A stretch of 64,000 nt of DNA, from the NCBI GenBank assembly GCA_964057225.1, contig CAXKVF010000077.1, forward strand, positions 248,001-312,000, read 5' to 3'. This DNA comes from Auanema rhodensis (lineage: Eukaryota; Animalia; Nematoda). Positions 1 through 10,400 of the stretch are shown in pieces. Each line of letters opens with the position of its first letter. Position 1 is the stretch's first letter. The position numbers were made by a program, and so were the translations under genes. The notes below the pieces were generated by a model, which saw only the letters and a list, made by a program, of their open reading frames with translations, was not told the DNA's origin and did not search any database.

Positions 1-50
1 ACTAATATGGACATGGGGAATCTAATTTTGAAAACCGCATCTCTTTATCT

Positions 51-60
51 TTCACGTGAA
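51..60. other. Perfect 10-bp palindrome TTCACGTGAA containing an E-box/G-box CACGTG (every monomer; first copy given)
   Basis: Read directly. The G56A variant (CACATG) appears in some copies from 32.7 kb onward. Protein binding is not shown. Confidence 0.85.
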
Positions 61-82
61 GCGAGTTACATACCAAGTGCAC

Positions 83-90
83 ATCACGTG
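83..90 (+). other. ATCACGTG: second E-box, exact match to the RTCACRTG (CDEI-type bHLH) consensus (every monomer; first copy given)
   Basis: Direct sequence match; no variant noticed in any copy. Function is unproven. Confidence 0.6.
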
Positions 91-133
91 TACATTTAAT
101 TAGCATAAATTAAAGTTCACGTAAATTTCAAAG

Positions 134-148
134 TCATGGTTACCATGA
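134..148. other. 15-bp dyad TCATGGT-T-ACCATGA, containing a BstEII site GGTTACC (every monomer; first copy given)
   Basis: The 7-bp arms are exact reverse complements around a single T. Confidence 0.85.
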
Positions 149-352
149 ACCAATATCAATGAAAATTTGTGTTAAGACTAATATAGACATGGGGAATCTA
201 ATTTTGAAAACCGCATCTCTTTATCTTTCACGTGAAGCGAGTTACATACCAAGTGCACATCACGTGTACATTTAATTAGCATAAATTAAAGTTCACGTAA
301 ATTTCAAAGTCATGGTTACCATGAACCAATATCAATAAAAATTTGTTTTTAG

Positions 353-528
353 ACTAATATGGACATGGGGAATCTAATTTTGAAAACCGCATCTCTTTAT
401 CTTTCACGTGAAGCGAGTTACATACCAAGTGCACATCACGTGTACATTTAATTAGCATAAATTAAAGTTCACGTAAATTTCAAAGTCATGGTTACCATGA
501 ACCAATATCAATAAAAATTTGTTTTTAG
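353..528 (+). repeat. Representative consensus monomer (176 bp, 56/176 = ~32% GC)
   Basis: Monomer 3 carries none of the recurrent variants and matches many other copies, e.g. 529-704 and 16017-16544. Confidence 0.95.
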
Positions 529-1408
529 ACTAATATGGACATGGGGAATCTAATTTTGAAAACCGCATCTCTTTATCTTTCACGTGAAGCGAGTTACATA
601 CCAAGTGCACATCACGTGTACATTTAATTAGCATAAATTAAAGTTCACGTAAATTTCAAAGTCATGGTTACCATGAACCAATATCAATAAAAATTTGTTT
701 TTAGACTAATATGGACATGGGGAATCTAATTTTGAAAACCGCATCTCTTTATCTTTCACGTGAAGCGAGTTACATACCAAGTGCACATCACGTGTACATT
801 TAATTAGCATAAATTAAAGTTCACGTAAATTTCAAAGTCATGGTTACCATGAACCAATATCAATGAAAATTTGTTTTTAGACTAATATGGACATGGGGAA
901 TCTAATTTTGAAAACCGCATCTCTTTATCTTTCACGTGAAGCGAGTTACATACCAAGTGCACATCACGTGTACATTTAATTAGCATAAATTAAAGTTCAC
1001 GTAAATTTCAAAGTCATGGTTACCATGCACCAATATCAATAAAAATTTGTTTTTAGACTAATATGGACATGGGGAATCTAATTTTGAAAACCGCATCTCT
1101 TTATCTTTCACGTGAAGCGAGTTACATACCAAGTGCACATCACGTGTACATTTAATTAGCATAAATTAAAGTTCACGTAAATTTCAAAGTCATGGTTACC
1201 ATGCACCAATATCAATAAAAATTTGTTTTTAGACTAATATGGACATGGGAAATCTAATTTTGAAAACCGCATCTCTTTATCTTTCACGTGAAGCGAGTTA
1301 CATACCAAGTGCACATCACGTGTACATTTAATTAGCATAAATTAAAGTTCACGTAAATTTCAAAGTCATGGTTACCATGAACCAATATCAATAAAAATTT
1401 GTTTTTAG

Positions 1409-4400
1409 ACTAATATGGACATGGGGAATCTAATTTTGAAAACCGCATCTCTTTATCTTTCACGTGAAGCGAGTTACATACCAAGTGCACATCACGTGTA
1501 CATTTAATTAGCATAAATTGAAGTTCACGTAAATTTCAAAGTCATGGTTACCATGAAGCAATATCAATAAAAATTTGTTTTTAGACTAATATGGACATGG
1601 GGAATCTAATTTTGAAAACCGCATCTTTTTATCTTTCACGTGAAGCGAGTTACATACCAAGTGCACATCACGTGTACATTTAATTAGCATAAATTAAAGT
1701 TCACGTAAATTTCAAAGTCATGGTTACCATGAACCAATATCAATAAAAATTTGTTTTTAGACTAATATAGACATGGGGAATCTAATTTTGAAAACCGCAT
1801 CTCTTTATCTTTCACGTGAAGCGAGTTACATACCAAGTGCACATCACGTGTACATTTAATTAGCATAAATTAAAGTTCACGTAAATTTCAAAGTCATGGT
1901 TACCATGAACCAATATCAATAAAAATTTGTTTTTAGACTAATATGGACATGGGGAATCTAATTTTGAAAACCGCATCTCTTTATCTTTCACGTGAAGCGA
2001 GTTACATACCAAGTGCACATCACGTGTACATTTAATTAGCATAAATTAAAGTTCACGTAAATTTCAAAGTCATGGTTACCATGAACCAATATCAATAAAA
2101 ATTTGTTTTTAGACTAATATGGACATGGGGAATCTAATTTTGAAAACCGCATCTTTTTATCTTTCACGTGAAGCGAGTTACATACCAAGTGCACATCACG
2201 TGTACATTTAATTAGCATAAATTAAAGTTCACGTAAATTTAAAAGTCATGGTTACCATGCACCAATATCAATAAAAATTTGTTTTTAGACTAATATGGAC
2301 ATGGGGAATCTAATTTTAAAAACCGCATCTCTTTATCTTTCACGTGAAGCGAGTTACATACCTAGTGCACATCACGTGTACATTTAATTAGCATAAATTA
2401 AAGTTCACGTAAATTTCAAAGTCATAGTTACCATGAACCAATATCAATAAAAATTTGTTTTTAGACTAATATGGACATGGGGAATCTATTTTTGAAAACC
2501 GCATCTCTTTATCTTTCACGTGAAGCGAGTTACATACCAAGTGCACATCACGTGTACATTTAATGAGCATAAATTAAAGTTCACGTAAATTTCAAAGTCA
2601 TGGTTACCATGAAGCAATATCAATAAAAATTTGTTTTTAGACTAATATGGACATGGGGAATCTAATTTTGAAAACCGCATCTTTTTATCTTTCACGTGAA
2701 GCGAGTTACATACCAAGTGCACATCACGTGTACATTTAATTAGCATAAATTAAAGTTCACGTAAATTTCAAAGTCATGGTTACCATGAACCAATATCAAT
2801 AAAAATTTGTTTTTAGACTAATATAGACATGGGGAATCTAATTTTGAAAACCGCATCTCTTTATCTTTCACGTGAAGCGAGTTACATACCAAGTGCACAT
2901 CACGTGTACATTTAATTAGCATAAATTAAAGTTCACGTAAATTTCAAAGTCATGGTTACCATGAACCAATATCAATAAAAATTTGTTTTTAGACTAATAT
3001 GGACATGGGGAATCTAATTTTGAAAACCGCATCTCTTTATCTTTCACGTGAAGCGAGTTACATACCAAGTGCACATCACGTGTACATTTAATTAGCATAA
3101 ATTAAAGTTCACGTAAATTTCAAAGTCATGGTTACCATCAACCAATATCAATAAAAATTTGTTTTTAGACTAATATGGACATGGGGAATCTAATTTTGAA
3201 AACCGCATCTTTTTATCTTTCACGTGAAGCGAGTTACATACCAAGTGCACATCACGTGTACATTTAATTAGCATAAATTAAAGTTCACGTAAATTTAAAA
3301 GTCATGGTTACCATGCACCAATATCAATAAAAATTTGTTTTTAGACTAATATGGACATGGGGAATCTAATTTTAAAAACCGCATCTCTTTATCTTTCACG
3401 TGAAGCGAGTTACATACCTAGTGCACATCACGTGTACATTTAATTAGCATAAATTAAAGTTCACGTAAATTTCAAAGTCATAGTTACCATGAACCAATAT
3501 CAATAAAAATTTGTTTTTAGACTAATATGGACATGGGGAATCTATTTTTGAAAACCGCATCTCTTTATCTTTCACGTGAAGCGAGTTACATACCAAGTGC
3601 ACATCACGTGTACATTTAATGAGCATAAATTAAAGTTCACGTAAATTTCAAAGTCATGGTTACCATGAACCAATATCAATAAAAATTTGTTTTTAGACTA
3701 ATATGGACATGGGGAATCTAATTTTGAAAACCGCATCTCTTTATCTTTCACGTGAAGCGAGTTACATACCAAGTGCACATCACGTGTACATTTAATTAGC
3801 ATAAATTGAAGTTCACGTAAATTTCAAAGTCATGGTTACCATGAAGCAATATCAATAAAAATTTGTTTTTAGACTAATATGGACATGGGGAATCTAATTT
3901 TGAAAACCGCATCTTTTTATCTTTCACGTGAAGCGAGTTACATACCAAGTGCACATCACGTGTACATTTAATTAGCATAAATTAAAGTTCACGTAAATTT
4001 CAAAGTCATGGTTACCATGAACCAATATCAATAAAAATTTGTTTTTAGACTAATATAGACATGGGGAATCTAATTTTGAAAACCGCATCTCTTTATCTTT
4101 CACGTGAAGCGAGTTACATACCAAGTGCACATCACGTGTACATTTAATTAGCATAAATTAAAGTTCACGTAAATTTCAAAGTCATGGTTACCATGAACCA
4201 ATATCAATAAAAATTTGTTTTTAGACTAATATGGACATGGGGAATCTAATTTTGAAAACCGCATCTCTTTATCTTTCACGTGAAGCGAGTTACATACCAA
4301 GTGCACATCACGTGTACATTTAATTAGCATAAATTAAAGTTCACGTAAATTTCAAAGTCATGGTTACCATGAACCAATATCAATGAAAATTTGTTTTTAG

Positions 4401-7400
4401 ACTAATATGGACATGGGGAATCTAATTTTGAAAACCGCATCTCTTTATCTTTCACGTGAAGCGAGTTACATACCAAGTGCACATCACGTGTACATTTAAT
4501 TAGCATAAATTAAAGTTCACGTAAATTTCAAAGTCATGGTTACCATGCACCAATATCAATAAAAATTTGTTTTTAGACTAATATGGACATGGGGAATCTA
4601 ATTTTGAAAACCGCATCTCTTTATCTTTCACGTGAAGCGAGTTACATACCAAGTGCACATCACGTGTACATTTAATTAGCATAAATTAAAGTTCACGTAA
4701 ATTTCAAAGTCATGGTTACCATGCACCAATATCAATAAAAATTTGTTTTTAGACTAATATGGACATGGGAAATCTAATTTTGAAAACCGCATCTCTTTAT
4801 CTTTCACGTGAAGCGAGTTACATACCAAGTGCACATCACGTGTACATTTAATTAGCATAAATTAAAGTTCACGTAAATTTCAAAGTCATGGTTACCATGA
4901 ACCAATATCAATAAAAATTTGTTTTTGGACTAATATGGACATGGGGAATCTAATTTTGAAAACCGCATCTCTTTATCTTTCACGTGAAGCGAGTTACATA
5001 CCAAGTGCACATCACGTGTACATTTAATTAGCATAAATTGAAGTTCACGTAAATTTCAAAGTCATGGTTACCATGAAGCAATATCAATAAAAATTTGTTT
5101 TTAGACTAATATGGACATGGGGAATCTAATTTTGAAAACCGCATCTTTTTATCTTTCACGTGAAGCGAGTTACATACCAAGTGCACATCACGTGTACATT
5201 TAATTAGCATAAATTAAAGTTCACGTAAATTTCAAAGTCATGGTTACCATGAACCAATATCAATAAAAATTTGTTTTTAGACTAATATAGACATGGGGAA
5301 TCTAATTTTGAAAACCGCATCTCTTTATCTTTCACGTGAAGCGAGTTACATACCAAGTGCACATCACGTGTACATTTAATTAGCATAAATTAAAGTTCAC
5401 GTAAATTTCAAAGTCATGGTTACCATGAACCAATATCAATAAAAATTTGTTTTTAGACTAATATGGACATGGGGAATCTAATTTTGAAAACCGCATCTCT
5501 TTATCTTTCACGTGAAGCGAGTTACATACCAAGTGCACATCACGTGTACATTTAATTAGCATAAATTAAAGTTCACGTAAATTTCAAAGTCATGGTTACC
5601 ATGAACCAATATCAATAAAAATTTGTTTTTAGACTAATATGGACATGGGGAATCTAATTTTGAAAACCGCATCTTTTTATCTTTCACGTGAAGCGAGTTA
5701 CATACCAAGTGCACATCACGTGTACATTTAATTAGCATAAATTAAAGTTCACGTAAATTTAAAAGTCATGGTTACCATGCACCAATATCAATAAAAATTT
5801 GTTTTTAGACTAATATGGACATGGGGAATCTAATTTTAAAAACCGCATCTCTTTATCTTTCACGTGAAGCGAGTTACATACCTAGTGCACATCACGTGTA
5901 CATTTAATTAGCATAAATTAAAGTTCACGTAAATTTCAAAGTCATAGTTACCATGAACCAATATCAATAAAAATTTGTTTTTAGACTAATATGGACATGG
6001 GGAATCTATTTTTGAAAACCGCATCTCTTTATCTTTCACGTGAAGCGAGTTACATACCAAGTGCACATCACGTGTACATTTAATGAGCATAAATTAAAGT
6101 TCACGTAAATTTCAAAGTCATGGTTACCATGAACCAATATCAATAAAAATTTGTTTTTAGACTAATATGGACATGGGGAATCTAATTTTGAAAACCGCAT
6201 CTCTTTATCTTTCACGTGAAGCGAGTTACATACCGAGTGCACATCACGTGTACATTTAATTAGCATAAATTGAAGTTCACGTAAATTTCAAAGTCATGGT
6301 TACCATGAAGCAATATCAATAAAAATTTGTTTTTAGACTAATATGGACATGGGGAATCTAATTTTGAAAACCGCATCTTTTTATCTTTCACGTGAAGCGA
6401 GTTACATACCAAGTGCACATCACGTGTACATTTAATTAGCATAAATTAAAGTTCACGTAAATTTCAAAGTCATGGTTACCATGAACCAATATCAATAAAA
6501 ATTTGTTTTTAGACTAATATAGACATGGGGAATCTAATTTTGAAAACCGCATCTCTTTATCTTTCACGTGAAGCGAGTTACATACCAAGTGCACATCACG
6601 TGTACATTTAATTAGCATAAATTAAAGTTCACGTAAATTTCAAAGTCATGGTTACCATGAACCAATATCAATAAAAATTTGTTTTTAGACTAATATGGAC
6701 ATGGGGAATCTAATTTTGAAAACCGCATCTCTTTATCTTTCACGTGAAGCGAGTTACATACCAAGTGCACATCACGTGTACATTTAATTAGCATAAATTA
6801 AAGTTCACGTAAATTTCAAAGTCATGGTTACCATCAACCAATATCAATAAAAATTTGTTTTTAGACTAATATGGACATGGGGAATCTAATTTTGAAAACC
6901 GCATCTTTTTATCTTTCACGTGAAGCGAGTTACATACCAAGTGCACATCACGTGTACATTTAATTAGCATAAATTAAAGTTCACGTAAATTTAAAAGTCA
7001 TGGTTACCATGCACCAATATCAATAAAAATTTGTTTTTAGACTAATATGGACATGGGGAATCTAATTTTAAAAACCGCATCTCTTTATCTTTCACGTGAA
7101 GCGAGTTACATACCTAGTGCACATCACGTGTACATTTAATTAGCATAAATTAAAGTTCACGTAAATTTCAAAGTCATAGTTACCATGAACCAATATCAAT
7201 AAAAATTTGTTTTTAGACTAATATGGACATGGGGAATCTATTTTTGAAAACCGCATCTCTTTATCTTTCACGTGAAGCGAGTTACATACCAAGTGCACAT
7301 CACGTGTACATTTAATGAGCATAAATTAAAGTTCACGTAAATTTCAAAGTCATGGTTACCATGAACCAATATCAATAAAAATTTGTTTTTAGACTAATAT

Positions 7401-10400
7401 GGACATGGGGAATCTAATTTTAAAAACCGCATCTCTTTATCTTTCACGTGAAGCGAGTTACATACCTAGTGCACATCACGTGTACATTTAATTAGCATAA
7501 ATTAAAGTTCACGTAAATTTCAAAGTCATAGTTACCATGAACCAATATCAATAAAAATTTGTTTTTAGACTAATATGGACATGGGGAATCTATTTTTGAA
7601 AACCGCATCTCTTTATCTTTCACGTGAAGCGAGTTACATACCAAGTGCACATCACGTGTACATTTAATGAGCATAAATTAAAGTTCACGTAAATTTCAAA
7701 GTCATGGTTACCATGAACCAATATCAATAAAAATTTGTTTTTAGACTAATATGGACATGGGGAATCTAATTTTGAAAACCGCATCTCTTTATCTTTCACG
7801 TGAAGCGAGTTACATACCAAGTGCACATCACGTGTACATTTAATTAGCATAAATTGAAGTTCACGTAAATTTCAAAGTCATGGGTACCATGAAGCAATAT
7901 CAATAAAAATTTGTTTTTAGACTAATATGGACATGGGGAATCTAATTTTGAAAACCGCATCTTTTTATCTTTCACGTGAAGCGAGTTACATACCAAGTGC
8001 ACATCACGTGTACATTTAATTAGCATAAATTAAAGTTCACGTAAATTTCAAAGTCATGGTTACCATGAACCAATATCAATAAAAATTTGTTTTTAGACTA
8101 ATATAGACATGGGGAATCTAATTTTGAAAACCGCATCTCTTTATCTTTCACGTGAAGCGAGTTACATACCAAGTGCACATCACGTGTACATTTAATTAGC
8201 ATAAATTACAGTTCACGTAAATTTCAAAGTCATGGTTACCATGAACCAATATCAATAAAAATTTGTTTTTAGACTAATATGGACATGGGGAATCTAATTT
8301 TGAAAACCGCATCTCTTTATCTTTCACGTGAAGCGAGTTACATACCAAGTGCACATCACGTGTACATTTAATTAGCATAAATTAAAGTTCACGTAAATTT
8401 CAAAGTCATGGTTACCATCAACCAATATCAATAAAAATTTGTTTTTAGACTAATATGGACATGGGGAATCTAATTTTGAAAACCGCATCTTTTTATCTTT
8501 CACGTGAAGCGAGTTACATACCAAGTGCACATCACGTGTACATTTAATTAGCATAAATTAAAGTTCACGTAAATTTAAAAGTCATGGTTACCATGCACCA
8601 ATATCAATAAAAATTTGTTTTTAGACTAATATGGACATGGGGAATCTAATTTTAAAAACCGCATCTCTTTATCTTTCACGTGAAGCGAGTTACATACCTA
8701 GTGCACATCACGTGTACATTTAATTAGCATAAATTAAAGTTCACGTAAATTTCAAAGTCATAGTTACCATGAACCAATATCAATAAAAATTTGTTTTTAG
8801 ACTAATATGGACATGGGGAATCTATTTTTGAAAACCGCATCTCTTTATCTTTCACGTGAAGCGAGTTACATACCAAGTGCACATCACGTGTACATTTAAT
8901 GAGCATAAATTAAAGTTCACGTAAATTTCAAAGTCATGGTTACCATGAACCAATATCAATAAAAATTTGTTTTTAGACTAATATGGACATGGGGAATCTA
9001 ATTTTGAAAACCGCATCTCTTTATCTTTCACGTGAAGCGAGTTACATACCAAGTGCACATCACGTGTACATTTAATTAGCATAAATTGAAGTTCACGTAA
9101 ATTTCAAAGTCATGGTTACCATGAAGCAATATCAATAAAAATTTGTTTTTAGACTAATATGGACATGGGGAATCTAATTTTGAAAACCGCATCTTTTTAT
9201 CTTTCACGTGAAGCGAGTTACATACCAAGTGCACATCACGTGTACATTTAATTAGCATAAATTAAAGTTCACGTAAATTTCAAAGTCATGGTTACCATGA
9301 ACCAATATCAATAAAAATTTGTTTTTAGACTAATATAGACATGGGGAATCTAATTTTGAAAACCGCATCTCTTTATCTTTCACGTGAAGCGAGTTACATA
9401 CCAAGTGCACATCACGTGTACATTTAATTAGCATAAATTAAAGTTCACGTAAATTTCAAAGTCATGGTTACCATGAACCAATATCAATAAAAATTTGTTT
9501 TTAGACTAATATGGACATGGGGAATCTAATTTTGAAAACCGCATCTCTTTATCTTTCACGTGAAGCGAGTTACATACCAAGTGCACATCACGTGTACATT
9601 TAATTAGCATAAATTAAAGTTCACGTAAATTTCAAAGTCATGGTTACCATGAACCAATATCAATAAAAATTTGTTTTTAGACTAATATGGACATGGGGAA
9701 TCTAATTTTGAAAACCGCATCTTTTTATCTTTCACGTGAAGCGAGTTACATACCAAGTGCACATCACGTGTACATTTAATTAGCATAAATTAAAGTTCAC
9801 GTAAATTTAAAAGTCATGGTTACCATGCACCAATATCAATAAAAATTTGTTTTTAGACTAATATGGACATGGGGAATCTAATTTTAAAAACCGCATCTCT
9901 TTATCTTTCACGTGAAGCGAGTTACATACCTAGTGCACATCACGTGTACATTTAATTAGCATAAATTAAAGTTCACGTAAATTTCAAAGTCATAGTTACC
10001 ATGAACCAATATCAATAAAAATTTGTTTTTAGACTAATATGGACATGGGGAATCTATTTTTGAAAACCGCATCTCTTTATCTTTCACGTGAAGCGAGTTA
10101 CATACCAAGTGCACATCACGTGTACATTTAATTAGCATAAATTAAAGTTCACGTAAATTTAAAAGTCATGGTTACCATGCACCAATATCAATAAAAATTT
10201 GTTTTTAGACTAATATGGACATGGGGAATCTAATTTTAAAAACCGCATCTCTTTATCTTTCACGTGAAGCGAGTTACATACCTAGTGCACATCACGTGTA
10301 CATTTAATTAGCATAAATTAAAGTTCACGTAAATTTAAAAGTCATGGTTACCATGCACCAATATCAATAAAAATTTGTTTTTAGACTAATATGGACATGG

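Noticed and set aside
139-150. RFX X-box-like GTTACCATGAAC
   Set aside because: Only one good half-site, and positions 147, 148 and 150 are among the most variable in the array.
158-163. AATAAA polyadenylation signal in consensus monomers
   Set aside because: Expected by chance in an A-tract of 68% AT DNA, disrupted by A161G (including in the first monomer), and there is no transcript evidence.
1-176. Identity with known satellites of similar size (Brassica CentBr 176 bp, Arabidopsis CEN178, primate alpha 171 bp)
   Set aside because: Only the length is similar. I recognise no sequence similarity from memory; a BLAST/Dfam/Repbase search is needed to assign family and species.
1-176. 5S rRNA, tRNA or snRNA tandem gene array
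   Set aside because: No recognisable 5S sequence, cloverleaf or Pol III A/B boxes, and the unit is AT-rich.
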